Source: Macrostomum lignano
Lineage: Eukaryota
Reading direction: 5' to 3'
Length of the DNA stretch: 64,000 bases
Assembly: GCA_002269645.1 (NCBI GenBank)
Contig: NIVC01003855.1
Span: 9,534 to 73,533, forward strand
Part shown: positions 13,411 to 25,513 of the stretch, piece by piece
Numbering within the stretch: the stretch's first letter is position 1
Layout: each line of letters begins with the position of its first letter
Made by a program: the position numbers and the translations under genes
Notes under the pieces: generated by a model
The model's database searches: none
Told to the model about the DNA's origin: nothing
The model's input: only the letters and a program-made list of their open reading frames with translations

Positions 13411-14029
13411 CTATGTCCTGTTCTTACTAAATACTACATTGTACATGTGCCAGATGTACATGAAGAGCAGGCACCATTTATGTGTACTCAGCAAATACTG
13501 GCTCGAAGAGTGACCCGTTTATCGGCTCTGGAAAAGCAAATCTCTCTCCCCAAGGCTTGGCTGAGCTTCAACCTTGAGTTATACTGCTATCGTGTTCCTT
13601 GCTCAAACGGCATTGGTTATAGCTTTGCTTAAGTCTTAGCTGAGAGTCGAATTAAGATTTCGGATGAGGCTTCTTTGAAGAGCAAAGTTTCCTGGGGAAC
13701 CAAGCCGTATGCTCATTTGTGGCCGCGGAGAGACGTTTTTGCTCTGGTCTGCGATTCTTGCGCCCATATTGCAAATTATAGTTGCCAAGAGGGCCATAAG
13801 GGGAGAGAGAAGTATAACTGTATGGATTAAGACGCTGTATCCTCACTGTACCAAAGAAAACATTCATTTGATATGCTGGTGCAGTACTTGTTTCTACAAT
13901 CTCAAAATATTATTATACATTTTACTGCCATATTTAAAGTATATATTCTAAATTAATATATATTTTAGCATCACTTCTGTACGTTTTCTTAAGTACGAGG
14001 TAGTTACCTGAGCCAACCTCACCCTCCCA

Positions 14030-14410
14030 TATCCTCAGTTGCTGGGCCAGCCTCCCAGATCCTCAGTTGCTGTGCCAGCCTCCCAGATCCTCAGTTGCTG
14101 GGCCAGCCTCCCAGATCCTCAGTTGCTGGGCCAGCCTCCCAGATCCTCAGTTGCTGGGCCAGCCTCCCAGATCCTCAGTTGCTGGGCCAGCCTCCCAGAG
14201 TGTCAGTTGCTGGGCCAGCCTCCCAGATCCTCAGTTGCTGGGCCAGCCTCCCAGAGTGTCAGTTGCTGGGCCAACCTCCCAGAGTTCCAGTTGCTGGACC
14301 AGCCTTCCAGATCCTCAGTTGCTGGGCCAGCCTCACAGATCCTCAGTTGCTGGGCCAGCCTCCCAGAGTGTCAGTTGCTGGGCCAGCCTCACAGATCCTC
14401 ATTTGCTGGA
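14030..14410. repeat. 28-bp minisatellite, array 2 of 3
   Basis: Same unit as 10925-11775, with AGTGTC variants. Confidence 0.95.
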
Positions 14411-15309
14411 GCAACGCCACTTTTCTATTCAATATATCTTAGAAAGCGTTGTTCCAGAGGAATTCCTTAAAGTAAAGCTTAGACCATGTTATCTCGGTCG
14501 TATGATTCATCAGGTATTAGAAGTTATATCTCTCCTAGTCGCCATCTGCTAAGATTGTTGCTAAGAGCTTGGCACGGCATCAAATTTGAGATGGCCGCCT
14601 GTTCCGCATCTGATGCCACAGCTGGAGAGAGAAGAGTTAGAATTACAAGCGCGCAGCTTGTTTGAGTTCGTGTTTGACCTAAAAATTGGAATTTGAGCGC
14701 AGCAGATTAACTCAGAGCTGGCCTGCAGCGGCTGAAGGTAGAGGGAGGAGATTCAGTAAGGCCTACGTGAAAATTCGCTTCATGTTCAAGGTTCAAAGCT
14801 GAGGCGAGCTAGGTGGGGGGGGAGGGTAAAGCTTATCTGCATTTTATGCACGTTAAGCAATCAAAGACTGCTCCATCCTTGCAAATTTTATTTCCAACGT
14901 CTCAATACCATAGGCTGTTTGCAAACAGGCCCTTAGGCTTGATTTTAGCTCAGTCTTCAGTGTGAGAGTGAGCAAATTCACAAATTCACACATTGGCTCC
15001 ATGCAAAGTAAGGCGATTTCTTAAAATCTTAAAAGGTATTTCTTAAAAAAAAGTCGATGAAGTGTGATCGCTTGAGGGTAGGGCAATCCTGAGGCATGCG
15101 AGGAAGCAGCTCCCCTTGAGGCGATCACTATGTGATACACTTGTAAGTGTCATTTTTTTTACGCATTACCTTTGTCACTTGACAATACCATGAGTTTTTC
15201 TAACCTGTACCTTGTAATCCACCTGCTAGTCTTATGCGTTTAAGCTGTTATGAGAATTTTGACGTTTTTATGTGTTTATCCTGATTAAGTGGCTTAAAGA
15301 ACCGTAACC

Positions 15310-15750
15310 CTCCCAGGTCCTCAGTTGCTGGACCAGCCTCCCAGATCCTCAGTTGCTGGACCAGCCTCCCAGATCCTCAGCTGCTGGGCCAGCCTCCCAG
15401 ATTGTCAGTTGCTGGGCCGGCCTCCCAGATCCTCAGCTGCTGGGCCAGCCTCCCAGATTGTCAGTTGCTGGGCCGGCCTCCCAGATCCTCAGCTGCTGGG
15501 CCAGCCTCCCAGAATGTCAGTTGCTAGGCCGGCTTCCCAGATCCTCAGTTGCTGGGCCAGCCTCCCAGAATGTCAGTTTCTAGGCCGGCCTCCCAGATCC
15601 TCAGTTGCTGGGCCAGCCTCCCAGAATGTCAGTTGCTAGGCCGGCCTCCCAGATCCTCAGCTGCTGGGCCAGCCTCCCAGAGTGTCAGTTGCTGGGCCAG
15701 CCTCTCGGATCCTCAGCATTTGGGCCAGCCTTCCAGATCTTTAATTGCTG
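15310..15750. repeat. 28-bp minisatellite, array 3 of 3
   Basis: Same unit, with AATGTC/ATTGTC variants. Confidence 0.95.
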
Positions 15751-16880
15751 GGTGAAGATCTAGAACTTTTTGGGAGGTCAGCTGACCTTTACCCCCGTCC
15801 CCCAGGATGAGCCATTGGGTAGCCTAGTTAATTGTCTCAGTGAATCACCTTGAGACATTACGCTCGTAGTTTACTTTAACAAAAGTTGAAAACCTGTTTT
15901 TAGCAGCCGTTTATTCACATCATCAAGCGGTATAGTAACAGTTTAGAGTTGGACCCGGGTGGTTGTCGCTATGTTCATGTATGCCCGTTCTAAGAAGCTT
16001 CGCATGATGAAGTGTAAGAATCTACGATGCAGAAGTTATCTTTTCTTACCTTCATTGAGTCTTGCACAAATACGCAATGATGCACATTATAATTGTATTT
16101 TTATCCATTACTGCAGCTCTCTCTCGCTCACTCAAGGGAGTCTGGAGGGTTGGGCGTTGAGAGCCTTGGCAACCGAAAACTAGACTTGCAGGTAAGGCTG
16201 GGTTGTGTGCGTATGAGCTGCCTACCATCTTTTCAACAGTAAATAGGAGAGTTTACAGTCTTACCTTGTGAGTGTTTGAGACTCGTAGACTTGTTGTTGT
16301 CCTGCGCTGCGCATTCTCGTGGCTTAAGTTGGTTGGACTTGAATAATGTGCAATTTAGAGAGTCGAAAGGCATATTAGTTTGGTCTGGTCTGTGAGGCTG
16401 TTTACATTATCAATTCTTGCGAAGCTAATAATCAGGCAATGGAGACTTTCCAACGATTTTTAATTGCTTCAGTCCGTGATTCTTTTATCTTTAGTGCTAC
16501 TGTACACACAGCTTTGCTTGTCAGTCAATTAGGAATTCGAAGTACTGTTTAAAAGTGATTTAGCTAAAGCGCTGAAAATTTCAACATCCTTGATCATTTA
16601 ACTTGACCTCATTAATTGGGGGAGGGAGGGATTGACAAGAAAGTGTCATTAGAGTTTCACTCTTCATCCTAATTGGGCAGCATTGTAGCAGTATCAAGTT
16701 TTTTCATGCGACAGTCTTCTATAGTCGTAAGATTTTCGACAACGGCTTTCCGACCGAGCAGCCCCTTATTCATGACTTAATCCAGAGTGGCAGAAGTTAA
16801 CTGCTCCTAAGCTCACACTGACCGCAAAAAGCTATCGTGTGACGTGTTGCAGTTGCATGTGCAATTACGAGATGCATGGC

Positions 16881-16945
16881 CAAGGACAACTTGAAATCAC
16901 TTAATTATTGTGAGACTCCCATCCTGAGCGATTAAGTTGTCCTTG
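16881..16945. mobile_element. 65-bp minimal MITE, TIR CAAGGACAACTT, 8-bp TSD (P- or hAT-like)
   Basis: TGCATGGC at 16873-16880 and 16946-16953; perfect 12-bp TIR. Confidence 0.8.
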
Positions 16946-17070
16946 TGCATGGCTAGTGAGGATTTACCACAGACAGTCCCGGCGCTTCGTGCCCGTCCCC
17001 CGCTAACTCTTCTCACTGAGTCAATGGGCTTTCGGCCATAGACAGCTGGACGACTAAGATGGGATGCTAC

Positions 17071-17442
17071 CATGGATGAATGAATAGAATGGATTGCTAT
17101 TCTGGCTCTGGCTATTTTCGTTTTTGACTCTTTTGCATCCGGTTCCCCCCCGTGCCTTTTCATTGTTTGATGATTGCCATAGACAATTTTCGGCCTTCGC
17201 CCCTTTCTTTCGATGCACAAGCGCAAAGAACTGAGAATTTCAACAAAGTTCAATTTCAACACAAGTAACTTCTATTTACTAACAAGAAAGCGCTTGTGCA
17301 TCGAAAGAAAGGGGCGAAGGCCGAAAATTGTCTATGGCAATCATCAACCAATGAAAAGGCACGGGGGGAACTGGATGCAAAAGAGTCAAAAACGAAAATA
17401 GCCAGAGCCAGAATAGCAATCCATTCTATTCATTCATCCATG
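17071..17442. mobile_element. 372-bp foldback MITE, ~154-bp arms, 8-bp TSD (P-like termini CATGG)
   Basis: GATGCTAC at 17063-17070 and 17443-17450. Arms 17071-17224 and 17290-17442 are near-perfect reverse complements. Confidence 0.88.
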
Positions 17443-18590
17443 GATGCTACACTCAAAAATCTCAAAACATTAGATTTTTTGTTTAGTTCTTCTTCGCTTA
17501 ATTGTCGGTCTGCAGTCGGTAGCATTTCATAAAAAGTAGTTTAACTTTGACTTGAGTGCACCTCGGACAGTACACGTACCTTTTATTTGCAATGCGGATG
17601 TCCGGAAAGGTAGCTTAGAAAAGTTAAGAAACAATATTAGGAGCAATTATAACACGCGTTCTGCTTGTATTTTTGCTGGCTGAGAAGCTTTTAGTAAAAA
17701 TTAGCCTGCAAGAAAGTCTGCTTTATTATTACTGACCGATGACAACACGCGGCACTAAACTGATTTTAATCAAAAGTAGCCAATGCTGGTATAGAATAGC
17801 TAAATGTACGAAATGTAAATAACTAAATTTGATCAAATAAGCATATAATAGACACTTGTACATAAAGATAAGCGTTGTCGCATTTAAAAGAATTTACAGA
17901 AAAATAGGCCACTGTGGTGAGAGACGAATTACCAGTATAGAAAGTAGAGTACATTAGGCTATAGCATTGAGTTTACGGTCGGCAATGACCCTTTATATAA
18001 ACTTTGCTGGTCGCCAAGTCAGGTAGAAACTGATGCCAATTAAATAATTTGAGTACGAGTATACAGAAACAGATCTACAGATGTCACTTATCACAGAATC
18101 GCTCTGCTTGTTATCAGTTAGATAGCATTTTAGTTGTGACAATAGCGAGATACTAAGAAAAGTTACAACTATTTACATTTTCACAGCCCTGATCAGAGTT
18201 AGCAGAGTTTTTGGTTGTTTCGAAAAGAAACTTGCTTTTGCTAAACTTTAAACAAGCTGGAAAAATTGGACGGAAGTTTTCTTCGGGGTGACAAATCGGG
18301 TGATCAAGAGGTTGTAGAGAGACAAAAAATTGAACAAACTAAGCGAAGCCAACCGGAATGCAAGCGAAATCAGAACTAAAAACAGCAAAACAGCAGCAAT
18401 GAGCACAAACAGTAAGCGGATATTCCATTCGCGCAAATCTATTCTAAACGGTTTACGTGTTATCGTTTAAAATTAGGATTGCTTATTTAAGTTAAATTTG
18501 ATTACTTTTGAATACAGGCAAGTTAATATATCTTATAGCAGTTGGAGACACTTGATCATTGTCAATTGGCTTGATGAAAGCCAAGCCAGG

Positions 18591-18822
18591 TTAGAAAACG
18601 GTCTTGGATCGGCTCATCGTACCCTCGCCTTGCTTGCTGGGCACGCCCGTTCTTGTGTAGAACGTGTCATTAATAAGACGCGTCCGACCAAACGGCGGCT
18701 TCTTGATGTCCTCGATCTTGATCACGTCGCCCAGCTTCCAGCCGTACTCCCAGGAGGACACGATGGGGAACTGGAACTTGTCCTCCGGAGCCTTGTCTGT
18801 GCGCTGCTTCAGGTACTGTCTC
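18591..18822 (-). CDS. SPMIP1/ATP6V1FNB-like protein, exon 2
   Basis: Acceptor CCCAACAG. RQYLKQRTDKAPEDKFQFPIVSSWEYGWKLG...FGRTRLINDTFYTRTG resembles the family's RYL...PE.RY.FPITTSFTYGW.LG (recalled, not searched). Confidence 0.85.
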
Positions 18823-18892
18823 CTGTTGGGTTGTTAATTGGTCAGTAAGGTCTGATAACAGGTAAAATCTTCGTGCCTCTACGGGGTCTTAC

Positions 18893-19299
18893 CTGCCCTT
18901 TCCTTCACGGCTGAATCCTTCGTAAAGCAGCTGCTTAGTCTTCGGCGAAATCGGCCGCATCTCCACGCACAGCTCTTGACTGTCGCCCTGCAGTCGGTCG
19001 ATAGCGTCCAGGACCTCTTGGTTCTCGTCTCGCTTGGGCTTCAAATGCTTCTGCGACTTGAACTTGTCCACCTGTTCGCGCAGCTCCTCTGTCATGGTTG
19101 GCGCCATCTCGAGCTTCTTTCTGAACACCTCCATCTGGCGGCTCTTGTGCTCGACAGGCTGGCCGCCTTGCTCAGCGGCCAATCGTTCCCGTTCGGCTTT
19201 CTTCTTCATGTACCAGTGCAGCTGGCTGTCCGTCTCTTTAGTGTAGCGCTCCTCCAGGCTCTTCTGAGCCGCAATGTCCGCTGGATAGTTCCTGGACAT
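18893..19299 (-). CDS. SPMIP1/ATP6V1FNB-like protein, exon 1 (total 212 aa)
   Basis: ATG at 19299. EMRPISPKTKQLLYEGFSREGKGR resembles the family motif EMYPVPP.TRALLYEGISH..QGR. Donor AG|GTAAGA, 70-nt intron, phase 2 restored. Confidence 0.85.
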
Positions 19300-20009
19300 T
19301 TTCGTGCCAACTTTTTACTGATTTGAAAATTTTCTTGGCTCTCTGCAGGTTGTTGCTCGCGCTCTCCTGAGACGCTTTAATGCCGGCCTGCTGCTCCAGG
19401 TTCTCCGGAGTTTTTTACAGGTAAACGAAGGGACGGGCGCGAGCAGCCTTCTCACCCAGTTGTTGCAACAGCCAATCGGCATCTCTGTGCACGAAGAGTC
19501 CCGTTTGCTTTTCGTATCGCTCTTCTTTTTCTGTTTCTCTATCGTTACATTTGCTGACGAATGAAAACTTGCTGCAGCTATTTTTTACCTTGACAACCGG
19601 ACCGTCCTCCTCTGAGTCTGTCGTTATATCGCTGCTCAGTCGCTCTACTCTCTCTAGAGTTTGAGAATTTTTTAAAAGTGTTCTTTGGGTGTGCCGTAGG
19701 GCGACAAGTAAAATAGAGGCAGAGAGCCAGAAAGAGAGTCTCTTATCATCGCATTTTATCGCCGTCTCTAGTTTTCCAGACTGTTTCTCTATTTTCGAGG
19801 GGTCTTGTCTGCGCGTGTCTGTTAGTTTTGAAAGCGCTGTGGGGACTTGGGTTGAGCTTTCGAACATTGAAGAACTCGATTCCAAGTAGTATAGTCTCAC
19901 TCGCCTACTTCAAGTAGTTGAACATGCTTTGTACTCAAAGTAGAAAGTTACACAATACGAGCTGCAAAGTATTACGATTTAAAAATTGGCTTGTGAACTC
20001 TCTCGGCAT

Positions 20010-20085
20010 TGACCTGTCTCGGCAGTGACCTGTCTCGGCAGTGACCTGTCTCGGCAGTGACCTGTCTCGGCAGTGAACTGTCTCA
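20010..20085. repeat. 16-bp tandem repeat (GACCTGTCTCGGCAGT) x~4
   Basis: Direct reading. Confidence 0.85.
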
Positions 20086-20694
20086 AAACTGATCATTTGC
20101 CAACTAATCTTTCCTTTATTTATTTCTCTTTATATATTCCTTTATATTCTATATATTCCTTTATTTCCTTTATTAGGAGCGAAACAAAAAAATTATACAA
20201 TTTTTTTAAAAATCAACGTTGATCCCCCCCCCACTTTAAATCCGTGTTTCTCCTGCTCCAGTAAAAAATGTCAAATGTTTACCTTTCCAAGTTTTCGCCA
20301 ATGTTTGTTGGTTTAAATAACGAAATTTAGTGAAGAGGCCTAAAGAAGCGTGTATTCGCGGAATCCGACAGCTGTTCCAGTTGACATTTATATAGTACCT
20401 AATATACTATGCACCCTCTACCTGTAGGGGTTGTTTTTGATTGTATCGAATTCCCAATACCCTTTCTGCTATTTTTAGTTTTTTACCCTTTTTCCTACAA
20501 AAATTTTATAAACATTTATGCTCACGGCTTATAAAAGCATCTGCCTATCTATAAATCTGACTGGTCGACGTGACCTTTGAAAGATATTCTAAAGGACACG
20601 GGAGGTTTAGAGACCAAAACCTGGAGCAGAAATTCCTCCCCAAAACAGGGGCTTACGCAGGAATTCTAATTGTAGAGGGTCGCAACTCTGAAGG

Positions 20695-21295
20695 GGCGCC
20701 AATATTTGGTGTCTTCGTTTGCGCCCCTGCCTCTTGGTTGGCGCCCCTGCCTCTTGGTTGGCGCCCCTGCCTCTTGGTTGGCGCCCCTGTCTATTGGTGG
20801 GCGCCCCTGTCCCCTGGTGGGCGCCCCTGTCTTCTGGTTGGCGCCCCTGTCTCCTGGTGGGCGCCCCTGTCTTCTGGTTGGCGCCCCTGTCTCTTGATTG
20901 GCGCCCCTGTCTTCTGGTGGGTGCCCCTGTCTATTGTTGGGCGCCCCTGTCTCTTGGTTGGCGCCCCTGCCTCTTGGTTGGCGCCCCTGTCTCCTGGTGG
21001 GCGCTCCTGTCTCCTGGTGGGCGCCCCTGTCTCTTGGTGGGCGCCCCTGTCTTCTGGTTGGCGCCCCTGTCTCCTGGTTGGCGCCCCTGTCTTCTGGTGG
21101 GTGCCCCTGTCTCTTGATTGGCGCCCCTGTCTTCTGGTGGGTGCCCCTGTCTATTGTTGGGCGCCCCTGTCTCTTGGTTGGCGCCCCTGTCTCTTGGTTG
21201 GCGCCCCTGCCTCTTGGTTGGCGCCCCTGTCTCCTGGTGGGCGCTCCTGTCTCCTGGTGGGCGCCCCTGTCTCTTGGTGGGCGTCCCTGTCTCTC
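20695..21295. repeat. 20-bp GC-rich minisatellite (GCGCCCCTGTCTCTTGGTTG)
   Basis: Exact period of 20; it produces the CLLVGAP ORFs. Confidence 0.97.
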
Positions 21296-23369
21296 AGTGT
21301 GCGGCCCCAGTCTCGCAGGCCGGTGGATGTCACATCCTCGAGGTGGCAAAGGCTGAGCTCTGTCTTATGTGTCGAAGCTTCGCTGCCTCTTTTATTAAGT
21401 TTTTGAAAGCACAAATTTTTCATGCAGGCGATTGGGATTAGGGGGTCCACGGCCCCCTCGGCCCCCTCCGCGTCCGCCACTGCCTTAAACATCGTTTTCA
21501 GACAGGCTGATTACAGGTCTTCAGTTTATACAAAATGCATCTTACCTCCATTCCCTGCTTCATTCTACACTGTTGTTTCAAAAGTTTATCGACTTCTATT
21601 TTTAGAAAAAAGTATAATAGGTCGTACTGCTTACTACTGATATACACTTGAATGCATTTTAGCGCGGCACAAGACCCATAGTTGATTATTATTGTAACTT
21701 ACTCTGTCGCAAGCGGATTATGTTTTTCAATGATTAAAATATTAAATCCATTTAACTAATTGGAAATATTTTAACTCAAATAGCTAAGGCTCTGTTTCTA
21801 TTCTCTTTCTAACTAATGATGGCAAGAGACTGCAGCTTTGAAGATGTGAAAATAGCCCTTACAAACAGACAGGCGACCTTACGGCCGGATTAAAATGCAA
21901 CATCCGTGTTGCGGTGGGGTACAATCACGATTTCCGCACATGCAGACAGCGGGTTGCCAACCGCATGCGCCATGCAGCCTTTCTGACCCTTTTTGACATT
22001 CGCTCGGCTCCATTGTACGAAGAATGCCCGAAACGTCAGTCATTGAAAGTTCCGGCTGCAGACGCTAGAATTCAACAACAAATTGCACGGTGCATTCCCT
22101 GCGCACGATCTGGCATTTGTGCAGGGCGAGCCCGAGCCCATCAACTATTTCGGGCAGCAACACGGGCGGCTGGCTTTTTTTGCACGGGTCCTGCGCTGCG
22201 TGTTACACATTTAGATAATTTGAATGCTCGACAAAGTTATCTATTGCCATCTTTTACTAGCATATAGTTAGGCTAAAGTTTAGCGCATAAAAAACTAAAA
22301 CGAAGCAATTACTAAAGATTGACAGCTCCGGATAGTGAAGAAGACGTTTTCGGAGCCAGAAGCAGGGGGGGGGAGAATTTAAGCATGGGGATATTTGTGC
22401 CGCAGCGAGTTGAACCTTGAAATCCCGGGCAGCCTTTAAAACGGTTTATATTATAGAAAATGCTGAAAATTATATCTACGTAGTAGCTAAATGTAAGCGA
22501 GCAGTCTGTCTGGCTGTTTATTTATCTATATTTAAATATGCGCGCATCCTATGCAACCTAAGTGTATTTTTCTCGAGCATAATTCAAAGTACAAAGTAGT
22601 TAAAGGAAACATTTTAAAGGATTAGTTCAGGGACCAGCTGGAACTGGATTAGCTATAGTTAAAAATCCTTTCTAGACTTTCTCCTGTGAAAGCCATTCTG
22701 CATACATGGTTGCGTCTAGTGCTCCATCTTTTAGGATTTTTTACATAAGCTGCTGGACAACGAGAGCGCACTGTTAGCAGCTTCCTTCCTTCCCCCTCTC
22801 TTAGATTAGCAAGCAGTTTATAGGCTACAATGGTAGATGGAGACAATTTTCAGAAGTGACCCAACTGCTGAGAGGCTGCGCTTCTTTCTCCCTTCTGCCC
22901 CTCCGTGCACCGGGGAAGCCAACAGCATTGATTGGATCTGGTGCGCCACAGCACTCATCCCCTCTCTTTCTCGTGCTCGTAAATCTCCAACACAGAGTGG
23001 TGACCATATACTATATAGCCAGGCTGAAGTTTACACTGTCCCGAAAAAAAAATTGTGTTCAATCCGTTGTCATGCCGACAAAATGAACGCACAGAGCGCC
23101 TTTATACAGTTGCAGCCGAGCGCGACTAGAAATTATCAGGTAAACAAAAACTTTGTTGCTGTTCAGCTATTTTTATTCATTCTGTTTCCCCTCTCTAACT
23201 GCGATGGTAATACAAACATAATGCTACTTTTGTCTGCCATTGCTGTCGTTTCATCGTTAATAAACAAGAAATCAAGGAAAATGCAAATTGAGATTTTGAT
23301 GCATTACTGCCCATTCCGCCGACTCCCTTGAGCAGGCACACAAGCGCGCGGATACGTACGCAGTCATGC

Positions 23370-24085
23370 CAAGGACGACTTAAGTAGAAGGACAGGAAAC
23401 CTCGTTTCTTGGAAAAATTTTGAAGACCGGCTTTTCCGAAAAAATACACCAAGGAGATAGGAAGTTTTCATTTTTTTCAGCATTAAAATTGTTATTGCTT
23501 TTGATAGGAGGCAGATCCAGTGTTCATCTTTTAATATCTTGTGCCTTTTTTATTGCTCTATCGATACGAGCTATTCATAAAGCTTTTTGTACAAAGAATT
23601 AGGATTCAGGATTAGGATTAGGAATTAGGATTGCAATTTTTTATTCTACGGACATTTCCTGTACCTAACAATCATAAAACGCATGGCACAGCTCCAATCT
23701 TTGGTTCTCTGAATCTATTTTATCATCTCTGTTGCAGTCAGCTAAGAATGACAAAAAAGACTCATAAAACCAAAAAGCTGAGCCGTTCTATTTTGATGGC
23801 TTTTAGGCACAAGACACGTGCAAATGTACGTAAAATAAAAATTAACATAGAATCGTAATTGTTTGAACAAAAAGCTTTATGAATATCGATAGAGCAATAA
23901 AAAAGGCACAAAATATTAAAAGATGAACACTGGATCTGCCTCCAATCAAAAGCAATAACAATTTTTGTGCTGAAAAAATTAAAACTTCCTATCTCCGTAG
24001 TGTACCAGTATTTTATCGGAAAAGCCGGCCTTCAAAAAATTTCCAAGAAACAAGGTTTCACGTCCTTCTACTGAAGTCGTCCTTG
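23370..24085. mobile_element. ~716-bp MITE with ~230-bp diverged TIRs, termini CAAGGACGACTT
   Basis: 23370-~23600 is the reverse complement of ~23855-24085. Flanks AGTCATGC / AGTCCTAC form a degenerate 8-bp TSD (6/8). Confidence 0.75.
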
Positions 24086-24094
24086 AGTCCTACG

Positions 24095-24210
24095 CACACA
24101 CACACACTCACACAGGAGTGTACAGCGGCCCTAACTCTATTTATCATTAGACATGTACACTTCACTGTGCCTTGGGGGTTGGCCTTCAAAGCCGTTAATT
24201 GCACGAGCCA
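24095..24210 (-). mobile_element. SINE-like dispersed repeat, copy A
   Basis: CACACAGG.GTGTACAGCGGCCCT...ACATGTACAC...TGTGCCTTGGG is shared with the copies at 30731, 35341 and 35972. Confidence 0.55.
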
Positions 24211-24722
24211 ATTTTTGCTTGACACATTTTTATGCTTATTTTTAAGTATACGAGTATACAAGTAGAAATGGTACTTTGCTGAAAAATGTTAACGTTGCCT
24301 TCTCATCCCGTGTCCAGACAGTCGTTTAAAGCAACTGCTGGCAACCAATCAACTTTCAGCTCCGCAGTCTCCGCGCTTCACTGGGGGACGAGATTTCCCC
24401 CCCCCCAACCACCACCCCACGCCTGGCCACAGCCAATCAGAATCTAGCTAGACTTAAGCCAGCATTGATTTTCTTTACCTGACTCTCTATCTTTTCATCT
24501 GCTAGACTGCTAATGTACTTTTCAAGATCTGTGTTGTCCTATTCAAAATCGGCTTCAAATGCCTCTGGAAGCAGATCGGCTGCTTCAAATTTTGGGGGAC
24601 CGAGATTTCTGCAGCCAATATCAATGGGCTACTATGTGAGTTGGCTCAGTGAGTAACTAGTGTAGGGATGATATTGCGCAATGCGTTATATTCATTCACC
24701 CATCCGTCCATCCAGTTTACAT

Positions 24723-25157
<435 letters not shown>

Positions 25158-25476
25158 CCCTGCCTTTTCATAACCATATTGGCACTGAGGTGCTTTAGCC
25201 AGCCTAACAACCAGTTGCTATACCCAAAACTGACACACGCTAAGCCTGAAGAGACCACCCTCTGCCTCTGCCTCACTCTCAATGGCATAACAGCGAAGCG
25301 TATTTATTATTTGCTGAGCACCGCAGTTTAGAATGCCACAGGTATTTCTGAATAAAGTTAGCTACCGTGTATTCTGCATACTAAACAAAAATTAGCACTA
25401 AATTCTTTTGTTTCATTGTGCCTTTACAATAAAATATTGAGCGGTCATTCTGGCTTTCTCTGTTTCTCACAAAAGC

Positions 25477-25513
<37 letters not shown>

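Noticed and set aside
10400-16400. Isolated splice-like signals (e.g. minus-strand CTAACTCTTCTCTCTCCAG near 14625, donors near 16050, 16190 and 16265) suggesting a hidden gene
   Set aside because: I could not assemble a phase-consistent reading frame with recognisable protein sequence.
19415-19900. 161-aa minus-strand ORF upstream of the SPMIP1-like ATG
   Set aside because: TTG start, no recognisable motif, and no convincing splice link to the downstream gene.
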